In this document: positions 39,131 through 52,552 of the stretch, piece after piece
Numbering within the stretch: position 1 is the first letter of the stretch
Layout: the number at the start of each line of letters is the position of its first letter
Assembly (NCBI RefSeq): GCF_006345805.1
Contig: NC_043003.1
Coordinates: 5,642,001-5,706,000 of the forward strand
Direction: 5' to 3'
Length of the DNA: 64,000 nt
Source of the DNA: Octopus sinensis
Lineage: Eukaryota
Notes under the pieces: generated by a model
Databases searched by the model: none
The model's input: only the letters and a program-made list of their open reading frames with translations
Told to the model about the DNA's origin: nothing
Made by a program: the position numbers and the translations under genes

Positions 39131-39595
39131 AAAAAAATGTTTAGTTTAATTGGACCTTATAATATTGCTATTATTATTATTATTATTATCATTATTATTA
39201 TAAAAACCATATATTTGCAGTGGTTATATACATGTGTGTGTGTGTGTGTGCAGTCAGTTAGTAAGCTTGATGCAGCCTGTGGTAGGTACAAAAAGAAACT
39301 TTCAGGGAGAGGGGTAGTTTATAGACGTCGGAGGTTGTAGGCTTCTTCCGTATCGAAGTTGGCTGCAATTCTTTTTGTTAGGTCATGGTTAGCAACAAGC
39401 ATTCCTAGCAAAGCGAATGAAAATCCAAATTGAGGGAGTGGAACGGTTGAAATCCAGGTTACATACGTTTCCTAGCCAGAAGATCTTCGGAAGGAATGAT
39501 TACTAAACAAGGGGTACTCAGCTAGCTATTCATCAGGCGGAAAATACCTTAGTTAAATGTCGTTAAGCAATTATAAGTTAACTCGCCGGATATAT

Positions 39596-39645
<50 letters not shown>

Positions 39646-39760
39646 CGTGTGTGTGTTCGTGTGTGTGTGTGTGCATACATAAAAATACATATATATATTC
39701 TTTAATTTATTCTTTTCTTGTTTCAGTCATTTGACTATGACCATGGTAGAGCATCACTTC

Positions 39761-39793
<33 letters not shown>

Positions 39794-39880
39794 TATTAGA
39801 GACAAAACCACTATTTTGCAAAACAAACAAGGAAAGACTTAATCAATACATAAAATTTTAATAAATAGTCAAAAAAACCG

Positions 39881-39923
39881 CCACTACAATTGTTTCTTGT
39901 CTTGATCGACAATCTTCAGGTGG
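39881..39923 (-). ncRNA. Minimal type I hammerhead ribozyme with canonical core
   Basis: CCAC-CTGAAGA-TTGTC-gatcaa-GACAA-GAAA-C-AATT-G-TA-GTGG. Stem I 4 bp, stem II 5 bp, stem III palindromic (CAATTG); predicted GUA cleavage between 39885 and 39884. Confidence 0.75.
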
Positions 39924-40207
39924 ACTTCCAATTTACAAGTCAGTTTCAAATTTGAAACTGACTTGTATATATATACAACGACCTCGAACCCACAAGAGTA
40001 AACAAGAGAGACAGAGACAGGCAGAAACAAGGAAGATGCCACTTATATTTGAACACCATAAAATATTCTTTGAAAAAAACTTTTCTTTTAATTTTTCTAA
40101 ATTTAATCATTTAATTGTTACAGTTGAAAAAATCTCAATGACTCAAACCGGTACTGAAATGTTTTTTATAAAATTATTTTAGCATTTTCTATTTTGACTT
40201 TTTTTCC

Positions 40208-40284
<77 letters not shown>

Positions 40285-40824
40285 ATATATATGTATGCTG
40301 TTGTGTGTAGAGCTAATTACTCCACTTCAATACTACCCTATTTTCACTATCCCCGACGGCATTAAACTCTTCCCTATTTTCAGTCTTCTTCCTCAATTAT
40401 AACAATATTCCCATTCTTCAGATACACCATTCCACACGTCACTAAATTATCGATATTTCCCAGTAAGGCGAATATAATTTTTACAGATTCTTCGACAATT
40501 TCGGCTGCTCTGTGTTCGAGCAATTAATAATAGTTTCAGTTCGTATCATACCAAAGGAATTTGATAATATTTATTAGTTCAGTTTCGCGATAACTCTCTC
40601 TTCTTTTTAGCGATTACAACATATTTCTCGCTTCTGTTTTGTTAAAAATATATATACATGCATATGTATGTATGTATGTATGTATGTATATATATATATA
40701 TATATATGCCTATATATATATATATGCATATGTATATTTATATATAGATATGTGTATATATATGTATAAATATATATGCATATGTGTGTATATATATATG
40801 TGTGTGTATGTGTATATATATATA

Positions 40825-40859
<35 letters not shown>

Positions 40860-41111
40860 GTATTTATATGTGTGTGCGTGTGTGTGTGTGTCTGTGTGTA
40901 TTATACACTGCACAGAGACAAAAGACCTATATGCTGTGATGTGAGGCCGTGTGTGCAATTAGCTACAATAGATATAAGCAGGCAGGTATAAAATGTTAGG
41001 AGACAGTATTCAACTAAGAATATTTCAGAGGTAGCTAGCCACGTACATATTTGTAGTTATATAAACAGGTTTAAACAAACACACACATACACACGCACGC
41101 TTTTATATATG

Positions 41112-41196
<85 letters not shown>

Positions 41197-41224
41197 AAGT
41201 TAATTCAAACAAGAAAACACAGAA

Positions 41225-41410
41225 AAAAAGAGAAAAAAACACAGCAACGCGAGGACGTGGAATAATTAAAGTATTATTGACGCTCAGGAAAGAAGGGAAG
41301 GAGAGTTTAACGTTTCGAGCGGAGCTCTTCGTCGGAAACAAGGAGAAGGAAAGATCCCAAGAAGGGAAGACAGAGGAAAAAATATTTTTGCTGGTGGTGC
41401 TCAAGAGATC
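41225..41410 (-). mobile_element. Second hammerhead-like element family (U4C core variant)
   Basis: 41305-41339 minus: GTTT-CCGACGA-A-GAGC-tcc-GCTC-GAAAC-GT-T-AAAC. Shares ACGCTC(A/G)GGAA with the 17335 family. Confidence 0.65.
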
Positions 41411-41434
41411 ACATGTTGAAATATATATATACAT

Positions 41435-41466
<32 letters not shown>

Positions 41467-41469
41467 GTT

Positions 41470-41690
41470 TCTTTATTATCCACAAGGGGTAAAAATAAGG
41501 GGGACAAACAAGGAAAGACAAACGAATTAAGTCGATTACATCGATCCCAGTGTGTAACTGGTACTTAATTTATTGACCCCGAAAGGATGAAAGGCAAAGT
41601 CGACCTCGGAGGAATTTGAAGTCAGAACGTAACGACAGACGAAATATGGCTACGCATTTCGCCCGGCATGCTAACGGTTCTGCCAGCTCA
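41470..41690 (-). mobile_element. SINE family B monomer
   Basis: Full match to family B. Further degenerate or partial copies at ~21060-21180, 43040-43200, 51200-51370, 53883-53990 and 63385-63500. Confidence 0.9.
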
Positions 41691-41722
41691 TATATGATAT
41701 ATCTGATAGAATGATAGATAGT

Positions 41723-41757
<35 letters not shown>

Positions 41758-42259
41758 GTAGGTAGGTAGGTAGGTAGGTAGGTATGTAGATAGGTACGTA
41801 GGTAGGTAGATAGGTAGGTAGGTAGGTAGATAGGTAGGTAGGTAGGTAGGTAGGTAGGTAGGTAGGTAGGTAGGTAGGTAGGTAGGTAGGTAAAGTAGAA
41901 AATGCGAACAATCCAGACCGTGTAAAGAAGGGAAAATTCCCTGATTTTGAAGTTCGTTTGATAAGTACCATGAATGAGACCCACGTCTCTTGCGTCACCT
42001 TCGATGCACAGAGACATACATACACACACACACCACACACACACCACACACACACACACGTACCTACAGCGGAAGGAAAAGAGAGACTGTTGGAGGAGGT
42101 CAGGAGATGACCGCTGATAAATACAGGCAAGCTGTGGAGCGGGTGAGGATGGGGGACTTTTTGAGTTTCCTGTCATTCCTGAAGAAGTTATTTCGATAAT
42201 GACGCAGGAATCATTTCTAGTCCTTAAATCAAATCGAGGCTATTTTATTTGGATTTTCT

Positions 42260-42560
42260 CCTTTGCCTTTCTCTCTTTGTCTCTCTTTCTTTTACTTCTC
42301 TTTGTTTCTCTCTCTCTCTTCTCTCTCTCTCTCTCTCTCTGTGTCTTTGTCTCTGTCCGTCTGTCTGTGTGTCTGTCTGTCCCTTTCTCCATATCTCTCT
42401 CTACATCGCTCTCTTTCCTCCTTTATCTCTCTCTCCCTCCTCTCTCTCTCTCCCTCTCTCTCTCCCTTTCTCTCTGTCTGTCTGTCTGTCTCTCCATATC
42501 TCTCTCTCCATATCTCTCTCTTTCCCCCTTTATGTCCCTTCCTCCCTCTCTCCCTCTCCA
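42260..42560. repeat. (CT)n/(CTGT)n pyrimidine tract
   Basis: Directly visible. Confidence 0.95.
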
Positions 42561-43299
42561 TAGTTATCATAATGCTATGATAAAAAACGCCAAGGATGAC
42601 CTTAATTTCCCCGGTACCTCTAGAAATAAAATGTTCCAAATTATTACACGCCTCATCATAACTGGAGTTAGGTGTATCTACAGAGTTGCTTGATTTGCCA
42701 GAAATAGCAACCAATTCTCTTTTAATTGAAGTTGGCTCGATTATCCACTGAAAGGTGGAAGCGGGGGAGGGGTGTAGTATAAGGAATACGGTTTTAATAC
42801 TAGTTTTAAGAATTTCAGAAAATATCTTTGAAGAAAGAATTTGCCAATCCGCTTCTTTTACAAGTCTTCCAGACTTCAGGAGTTGCGCTAGAAAGCAATA
42901 CTTGCAGTCCCTAATCGTGAGTTTAGAAACCTTGACTGAATGCGTACACCAGTGTGGATTCCCTAAAATGACCATCTAAGTGTTGCGTTGTGTGAGACTA
43001 GGCCCTACCCTGTAACATGTACAAATATGGCAAATGATGAACCATATGCCGGACAAAATACTTAGCGGCATTTAGTCCGTCTTCACATTCTCACTTTAAA
43101 ATTCCGCCGTGGTTCACTTTGCTCCTCATTTATTTTTGGGCCGATGATGTAAGTAGCAATCGAGTGTTCTACTTGAAGTAATCGATATACCAGATCGATA
43201 TCACTTGTGACTATAGTAGGAAGGACTGTTTACATGTGAAAAGCCTACAGATTACAGGTGGTGAGATAATAATGGGTGTTCTTCCAGGTGATTGTTGTA

Positions 43300-43690
43300 A
43301 AGGAGGAAGCGTCCCTAAAGTCCATCCCCTCCTCACTATGGTGGGGACGCTGGCAACGGGTAGTGTCAGAGCTATGCCGTCGGGAACTTCGGTTCCTGGT
43401 AGGGCCACCCAAGGCGGATTGGTCTGACACCGAGTGGTATTAGGGCTACAACCCGGCAGACGGGCTCTGGAAAAAATCCCGGCGGCTCCTCGGTCGTTCT
43501 GCCCCTGCGTATGCGGACAATCTGCGGCAAACAGGATGTCTTTACATGCGGGACTGTTGGGGACTGCTTGTCAAATCCACATATTCCCACGAAACTTCTT
43601 CCACTGTCATGGTTCGAGATGCCTCGAGGGTGGTAGAAGCCGACTCAACCCGCCCAGGGTGAATGTCGCCACAAGTACAAGTAAGTAAGG
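43300..43690 (+). mobile_element. Probable RTE LINE 5' UTR fragment
   Basis: GC-rich island containing CCTGGTAGGGCCACCCAAGGCGGA, which resembles RTE (Rex3/Expander-like) 5' UTRs from memory. No endonuclease ORF follows. Confidence 0.4.
43308..43437 (+). ncRNA. HDV-like ribozyme fold, probably decayed, at a putative LINE 5' end
   Basis: P1 AGCGTCCC/GGGACGCT (8 bp), L3-like TCCTCACT, following GG-CAAC, P4 GTGTCAGA/TCTGACAC enclosing GGAAC-TTCG-GTTCC, then CGAG-TGG. P3 and P2 are imperfect. Confidence 0.5.
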
Positions 43691-44270
43691 CAGCAGTAAC
43701 GGCTGAAGACTCGTCTCTCTCTCTCTCTCTGATCATGATTTCACAGAACAACTTATGCAACGCATTCATTTTATATTCGTCAGTCTGAAAGTCAATGTTA
43801 GTAAAATATCCCTAGAACTGAGCCAATCATGTGACGAATATGAAGAGAAACCCGACGTTTATGATATCCAAATAGGCTCAAACAACAGTCCTGTTGCCAG
43901 TATGTTTCGTAAAGATATTTAGACCTAAGTCCAAATTATAAATTCGTTGATTACTGGAAATGTGGTAAGGGCAGTAGCTGTGCTGATGACGCTCTCGCTT
44001 GACAGTCAGACTGTCGTTTCGTTAAGGTAGTGGTCGGGGAACATTTTTTAACCAATTACTCCAAAATATATTTATTTACGCTGCCGTTACCATTTGATTT
44101 GAAAGGAGAAAAATCATAGATTCTGTGAATTCAAAAGGTTTATTGCATCTATTTTTATGGAGAATACAATTGTAAATATACAAAAGTATAAAACAAATGC
44201 GACAAAATAAATTAATATCCTCATTATGAAACAACAGGATTTTTCGAGAAACTTTTCCCTTACGAGTATT

Positions 44271-44667
44271 ACTCTTTTACTCTTTTACATGTTTCAGTGA
44301 TTTGACTGTGGGCATGCTGGAGCACCGCCTTTAGTCGAGCAAATCGACCCCAGGACTTATTCTTTGTAAGCCTAGTACTTATTCTATCCGTCTCCTTTGC
44401 CGAACCGCTAAGTTACGGGGACGTAAACACACCAGCATCTGTTGTCAAGCGATGTTGCGGGGACACACACAGACATACAAACATATATATACACACACAC
44501 ACATATATATATACATATATACGACAGGCTTCTTTCAGTTTCCGTCTACCAAATCCACTCACAAGGCATTGGTCGGCCCGAGGCTATAGTAGAAGACACT
44601 TGCCCAAGGTACCACGCAGTGGGACTGAACCCGGAACCATGTGGTTGGTAACCAAGCTATTTACTAC
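44271..44667 (-). mobile_element. tRNA-derived SINE family C, full length with internal (CA/TA)n
   Basis: Minus: ...ACCAACCACATGGTTCCGGGTTCAGTCCCACTGCGTGGTACCTTGGGCAAGTGTCTTCT... ending TGAAACATGTAAAAGAGTAAAAGAG. Partial copies at 56195-56365 (+) and 39705-39760 (-). Confidence 0.9.
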
Positions 44668-45830
44668 GGAGAAATGATATCTCATATTTGTTACAATTAC
44701 AATGGATTACTCTGCTTTATATCTATGTTCATTAGAGTGGAAAATCCTTGTTTGCAAAGGTAGGTTGTAGCATAAAACAGCAACTTTTTCACTGCCTCCA
44801 CCTTTCGGGAAAACAATTCTGTCGTAACAAGGAACAGTTTTTTTTAAATATAATTTTAATTATGTCTAATGAGTCCTCATTACCTCCAAGAATTTCATTT
44901 TTACTCCACTTGGGGTAATTTACCCTGATTCGCCGACCCCTGACTTACAAGCATATTAATTTATGGAAATCTACACTCTTCTCAAAACTATTGAAAAAGT
45001 TACAAGGCGCAACGAAAATTTCAGGAAAATAAAAATAAGAAAAAAGTGGAAATTTTACCGGTGAGTGTATTACATAATAAGGCACAAAAAGAAAATGATT
45101 CTCCCCAGACACAACAGAATACACTCTTGGGTTATACTTTCGTCTCGTTTGGTGTTGTACCAATTGACAACAAACGATTGTTCTACCTTCCCTAGAAGCT
45201 GAAATAATTTTAATAAACCAGTAATTGATTATGTATATGTGACACACCCATACGCTTTTGCATTATATATAAATATATGTGTGTATGTGCGTGCGTATTC
45301 GTGTGTGTATGCGCTTGTAAGAGCGCCATGTATTTCCTTCTCTAATCTATAGATACTTTAAATACAAAAATATATTTCCGATGAAGAATTTTTAATTGAA
45401 TTACGACAAGAGCTTACCGTTATTTAATAATTCTTAAACTGACACAAAACAGACAAACATCTAATTATGGTATTCTGTTGTATTGATTGCCTTCGATTGG
45501 CCACAAATAATCGAATCCAATATATTATTAGCAATCATTTAACTAACGCTTGTGGGATCAATGTCACAATTGATCTCAGACTTCAATCGAATTTAGAAAT
45601 AAAAAGATGAAAATCAAACTCCATTGGTCTCTTTATTAAGGGCAGTCGGTTAGAAAGCGCCAGACAAACACAAAATAGATTTACACTTTTGAATGAAATG
45701 CGCCGTGAATAAATAACAAAGCAGATGTCATTAGAAGCATAGATTACACATCAGTGTGTTATGTTTAGATATTGTATACGTTGTAAATATGATATTACCA
45801 TCATTATACATAAACATACATACATGCATT

Positions 45831-45864
<34 letters not shown>

Positions 45865-46204
45865 CATGCATGCATACATATATGTATGTATGTATGTGTA
45901 GCACTTTCTTTCACAGGGTGACTTTTAACAGCATGTGTGTATGTATATGTGTATTAACGTTTGTTTTCATTCCTATACAGAAATTAATCATTGATTGAAA
46001 CATCATAGAGCACCTTCAAGAAATGTATAGTGCATGTGGTATATTTATGGGGAAATGTTAGTGAGTGAGTTCGAATTCTCGGTTAAGTTGAATCCTTGAA
46101 AATCTAACTTAAGTTTTGTATTTTTACTTTTTTTGTTCCAAATCTCATATATAAATTAGGATACATTTTTCTGTGCAACTAAATAAACGTTTCACAAACG
46201 TATA

Positions 46205-46700
46205 CCTTGATAGCTTTCGGCCAGTATTGGCCCAGGCCTTATCTAACTTAATAGCACCACCTGGCAAAGTCCGGATTCAGATAACATGGCCCACTCGTGG
46301 AGAGAGTTATTGTTTATAGAGACATATCCGAGTATAGGTTTATTTGGGATTTCTCGAAAGAATTTGTCCAAAGACTTCTTGAACTTTATGGAGTCTGTTT
46401 CTGCTTTAATGTGATTTGGTGTAATGTCTAAGAGGACGGGGCCAATTGAAGTAAAATAATTGTGCCGAATTGTTGTCATGTGATGCGAGTATGATTTATG
46501 TTGTGGGCGGATAGTACGGGTACCAAGTCTTGGGTGTATCTTAAAGGCGATGCCAACATCATTTGGGTAATGCTGATGGAATATTTTCCACATCATGCAG
46601 ATGATGTAGTGCTCACGGCGGCGTTGGAGAGAATAAAGATTGAGCTTTTCTACTCGATCCCAATAGTCAAGGTCTGTCATGCCATCTATCTTTTTTCTGT
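46205..46700 (-). mobile_element. L2/CR1-group LINE 3' end
   Basis: DYWDRVEKLNLYSLQRRREHYIICMMWKI...HPRLG...FTSIGPVLL...KFKKSLDKFFREIPNKP...NNSLHEW. Confidence 0.85.
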
Positions 46701-46894
46701 CTTTTTCTTTATAAATGATAAAATACGCAAGAATACTACATCCACTAAGCAACTACAATAATCAAATTCGTAAGAGACGGATCAAAATTGTATGGACGCT
46801 TTGGAAAACCGAAAGTTTTTTAGTCTGACGAAGGCAACTAATTCGAAACATTGCAAACATGCTTAGAATATTCTTCCTAAATATGATACATACA

Positions 46895-47135
46895 CATGTA
46901 TGTATGTATGTATGTATGTATGCGTGAATGCATGTATGTATGTCTGAATGTATGTCTGAATGTATGCATGAATGTATGTATGTATGCATGAATGTATGTA
47001 TGTATGAATGCATGTATGTATGTATGCATGTATGCATGTATGCATGTATGTATGTATGTGTGTATGTATGTGTGTATGTATGTGTGAATGTATGCGTGAA
47101 TGCATGTATGTATGTATGTATGTATGTATGTATGT
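46895..47135. repeat. (TATG)n/(TGAA, TGCA) compound tetranucleotide repeat
   Basis: Directly visible. Confidence 0.9.
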
Positions 47136-48974
47136 CTCTCCTATTTTTTAATTATTATAAATCTTCCACTGAGGAGGGAGACGGTTTCCAACAAAAATAC
47201 AAGGCCCTAACTTTGTGATATAGTTAACAAATTCACATTTGCATATTTTTACAGTCCCGCTCACACGTTGCACTTATAATGTACAAATTAGCCGGTCGAT
47301 TTCTCTTTCTGAAAATCCCAGTTTATCCAGATTCTCCTTTAGGCATTTACTAACGAAATCTGGTGCTCCAAATATTATTGGTATGAATATGAATTCATAG
47401 TCCGCATATAGACTATGTATGCATGTATGTATGGATGGATGGATGAATACATATAACTCAGTGTGTTCTCTTTTGTGTATCCGTATGTATACACCATACA
47501 AACAAATATGTGTGTGTGTGTATGTGTATACTTGAAATCGCGCAGATATATACTTATACATACATGAGTATGCATGCATCTATATTCATAATCTGGTAGT
47601 CACACACACACACAATCTCAATTATACACATACACACGCACACACACACGTATATATATATGTGTGTGTATATATATATATATATATATGTGTGTGTATA
47701 TATATATTATATATGTGTATATATATATATTATATATGTGTATATATTATATATATATATATAAATATATATATATATCAACATATATATATATAGATCT
47801 CTCTCTCTATATATATATATGGATCTCTTCTCGTCAGGGGTTCCAGATGAATCTACCTCTCGGCAGGAAACACAGATGCGGGCAGCGGCGTCAAACTCCC
47901 TTGTTGATCAAGTGCCACGTATCAGAGGTGGTTTCACATACTAGTGTAGCTCATTCAACAGTGGTGCCCCAGCATGGCCGCAGCCTTCGAGCTGACACAT
48001 TTTTTATGAGGTAAGGATATATATTCATGTATGTAAATAGATAATATTGAACCAAAAAGTAGACTGACTGAGTCAGAGATTGAACACACGACCGCAATAT
48101 AAATTTCGAAACTCGTTTCACACTGATACTTTTATTAGCCGAAGCATTAAGCCGTAACACAATTAAACGATCAAAGTTAAGCGATATAAATGAAATTGTT
48201 TTATATTTTCATTTATTATCATTTATTATCATTTAATTTTAAATTTCAAAATGGCGCTTGTATTTGCACCAGTCCTACAGCAGAGCTTAGGAATAGTCAC
48301 CTGAAGGAAGCTAGTACATTCACCAGCTAAAACTAGTGGTTAAGCAACAATGCTGACTTTACTACTAGTCTGAATGCAACAATGTATTATAACGATGTCT
48401 ATATATCTACACACTCTCACACAAATCTGTGTGTATGCGCATGTGTTTGTGTGTGTGTGTATGTGTGTGCATGTGTGTGTTTACCTCTGTGTATGTGGTT
48501 GTGTAAGCTCGTAAATATGTAGGCATACTTGCATGTTTGTATGCTTATTGTGTATTCATGTATAATTGAATATATGTATAGCGGTTGCATAGTTGGGTCT
48601 CTATTTATGTGTGTGCGTATATATATATATATATACATATACACGTATATAAATATACAGAGAGAGAGAGAGAGAGAGAGAGGAAAAATATCGAAGGAGA
48701 GAGATGGATAAAGAGAAAGAAAGATAGGAACAATCATAATTCGTAATCATCTACCTAGACATTATGTAGATAATATGGTAGATTATTCGTATCAATATCA
48801 ATCCACAAGATATATCAATGCAGTCTTCAATTTATGGTAATTCCAGGCCGACCAGGCTGAATTCTTCAAAGAATGCTTATATTAACTAAACAATTGTAAA
48901 TTTACATTGGAAACCCACTGGCCAGAAAGAATCGTAGACAAGCACTGAATTCGAGGAATTCATTACCAAAATTA

Positions 48975-49006
48975 TTATTAGTATTATCATTAGAATTATT
49001 ATTACC

Positions 49007-49045
<39 letters not shown>

Positions 49046-49119
49046 GTGATAATAATAAGAATGCCATTATTATAATCATTAATATTATTATCATTATCAT
49101 CTTCATTATTATTATCATC

Positions 49120-49161
<42 letters not shown>

Positions 49162-49162
49162 G

Positions 49163-49198
<36 letters not shown>

Positions 49199-49260
49199 TC
49201 ATCATCATCATCATCATTCTTCTTCTTCTTATTATTATTATTAATATTATTATCAACATC
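48975..49260. repeat. (ATT)n/(ATC)n microsatellite
   Basis: Directly visible; a similar tract lies at 29305-29560. Confidence 0.9.
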
Positions 49261-49824
49261 ATAATCACTATAGCCTTTATTAAATACATCTTTCTATGCG
49301 TGTGTGTATTTATGCATTTACATGTCTCTCTCTCTCTCTCTCTCTATTTCTCTCTCTCCCTCTCTGTGTATTTCAATTGATATGTGTATGTATACATAAG
49401 TATATATATGTATGTATGTATGTGTATGTGTGTGTATGTATTTATGTATGTATAAATATGTATATACACATTACATATATATAATATATATATTATATGT
49501 AATGTGTATATACATATTTATACATACATAAATACATACACACACATATATATATACATATGCAATGATATATATTATAAAGATGTGCACATAGGGACAT
49601 ATGCCCTTAATATATATATATATGTGTGTGTGTGTATGTATATATCAGTAGAGAGTTACGTATATATAATTACAAATAAATGCCCATACCATATGTACCT
49701 ATATATGCGCATATCTATATGTGTGTGTTACATACATACTCATTCACATAAATATATACGCACGCATTCATATATATGAACATACCTTTTTTTATTACTT
49801 TTCTCTATTTCGTTATATACGAAT

Positions 49825-49880
<56 letters not shown>

Positions 49881-50073
49881 GTTTTTTTTTGTTAATTTTA
49901 TGTTTTGTTATTTGTCTGTTGTATTTCTCGAATGAGTTCAATAAACGAAGCTACTGGCGACTTTATATTTCTAAGAGAATATTGTTGTCTTCGTTATTCT
50001 CTCTACTCTATCGGAAATAGTTCAAAAGAATCCACAGAAAATCGATACAGACCATCGAACGATCAGTAAACAG

Positions 50074-50151
<78 letters not shown>

Positions 50152-50367
50152 TATACACTATATATATATTTTGTGTGTGTTTGTGTGTGTATGTGTGTGT
50201 GTGTGTGTGTGGTGTGTGAGTTGTGTGGTGGTGTGAGTGTGTGTACGTGTGTGTGTGTATGTGTGTCTGAGCCTGTCCTGACTGATGGAGAGATTGAACG
50301 ACAAAGGCAGAAAACAAAGGAACTATATGTGTGTGTGTGTTTATGTATATGTATATATATATATATG

Positions 50368-50601
50368 CGTGTGTGTATACATATATGTATGTATATACAT
50401 ATATATAATTGTATATATACGCACACACACACACACTATATATATATACGTGTGTGTATACATATATGTATGTATATACATATATATATAATTGTATATA
50501 TACGCACACACACACACTATATATATATATACGTGTGTGTATACATATATGTATGTATATACATATATATATAATTGTATGTATACGCACACACACACAC
50601 A

Positions 50602-50639
<38 letters not shown>

Positions 50640-50640
50640 G
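50368..50640. repeat. Minisatellite of ~82-bp units built from microsatellite blocks (3 units)
   Basis: CGTGTGTGTATACATATATGTATGTATATACATATATATAATTGTATATATACGCACACAC...ACTATA starts at ~50368, ~50449 and ~50532. Confidence 0.85.
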
Positions 50641-50761
50641 TATATACGCATGCACAGAGTGAGAGAGAAACGCAATGAGTGGGAGAGAAATCAACAAATA
50701 CATATTATATACATACATGTATGTCTTAGTACAATTTGTGTGTGATATATATGTGTGTGCC

Positions 50762-50813
<52 letters not shown>

Positions 50814-50949
50814 TATATATATATATATAATATATATATATATATATACATATATATATGTATGTATGTATACACGTTTGCATGCAAGTGTGTGTGTGCG
50901 AGATTTAAAGATGGCGACGGAAAGAGAGACAAGACCAACTAAGGTGAGC

Positions 50950-50986
<37 letters not shown>

Positions 50987-52493
50987 ATCGTGTGTTGTTA
51001 CACAGTTTTGTGTCCAGAGTGTGGGCGCCACCGTATAAAATGTTTGGTGATGATTCTTTGGACACTTCCATCTCACCTTAGTCTTGAGGATTTCGAGAAT
51101 ATTCTTTACAATATTATTTATCCATCTGTTAATTCTGAATAATTGTGCTTTGAATAAACCCATCAGTCTTCTGTCAATATTAACTAATTAATTTTAGACG
51201 ACGAGCTGACAGAATCGTTACTGGGACGGAAAACTTCTGAACGGCATCTCGTGCGTCTTTAGCCTCAGGGTTCAAATTCCGCTGAGGTCGACTTTCCCTC
51301 TTATCCTTTCGGTGTAGATATCATAAGTACCACTCAAACACTGTCATCGATGAAATTAATTTGACCCACCCCGTAAAAATTGCTTGTAAATATTGCTTGA
51401 AGTTCATGAGAAGAAGAGAACGTTTAAATAATTGCTTGACCTGGTTCGAATCGCACGAATGGTGAGGATTCTATTTGGTCGCTCAACTTGGTAGTAATAG
51501 CAGACAAATCTCCCTCATATCGTACTATTATATCTTAGAAAAGGCGTCATTATGCAAAATATCCTGTGTTTCTTTGCACCGTAGAATTAGGGTTTGGAAT
51601 GTCTTTGAACTCAAGTTTACTGGATAAGAGTTACCCAGCTCTCTCACCCCCTTTTAAACTTAGCACTGTACAAAAACAGTGGCTAAGGTATGCATGAAAA
51701 AATCATCAGGTGGCTCATAGCTACCATATCTTTTATATCGTAGGTCTACACTCTGGGGACTACTTTGGAGTTAAACAACAAATTATTTGGTTTCGTTTCG
51801 ATGTTTGTGTCTAAATATCAGTGTGTTTGTGTGTTCACAAGTGTGTGTTGTGTGTACTTAATATTTTAAAATTTATTTCAATATCTACTCTGGGATTATC
51901 CCCTCTGCCTTATTTTACAGGTATCAATTAGTAAGATAATGATTTGTTATTCTCACTACGGATGTAATTGCGATTCAAATGTCACCACGTCCTCCACTTA
52001 GAACGCTAAGAGATTTCACATTTCGATCACACCCTCTCCCGGCAGTTTATGAGCTATAAACCCGGATGAAATGTAATTAATGTATCATCCGCTTGTACCG
52101 CCGTAGTACGAGCAGACAGTTTCACGCGATTATTGAACACGGTTATGAAACTTAGATTCTTGACATGCTCTTTTGTAAAACTTCTGGGTGCAGGCTAAAG
52201 GGAAGCAATAACACCTTGCCTGATGAAGGAGGAATGCGAGATAGGAACAGCGAATTATTCATTTTCTCTACTGAATAACTGTGTGTGTGTGTGGATGCGT
52301 ATGTGTCTGTTTATGAAAGAGAGGGGGAACAGAGAGACAGATAGTCTGTGAGTGTGTGAATGTGTATATATGTGTGTGCTACGAAATTGCAGAAAACACT
52401 AATATTTTAAGCACAGTAAAACACACGCGTTTCGGCAAATTAACTGTAAGAACTTCCTCAGTGTTTAGCAACACACACACACACACACACACA

Positions 52494-52552
<59 letters not shown>

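Noticed and set aside
42562-42979. Possible exon after the (CT)n tract and nearby ORFs on both strands
   Set aside because: The pyrimidine tract is a microsatellite, and the translations show no recognisable motif or convincing donor.
46825-46850. CTGACGAAGGC...TTCGAAAC and similar motifs at ~52219 and ~63100
   Set aside because: Stems are too degenerate to support a call; at most decayed remnants.
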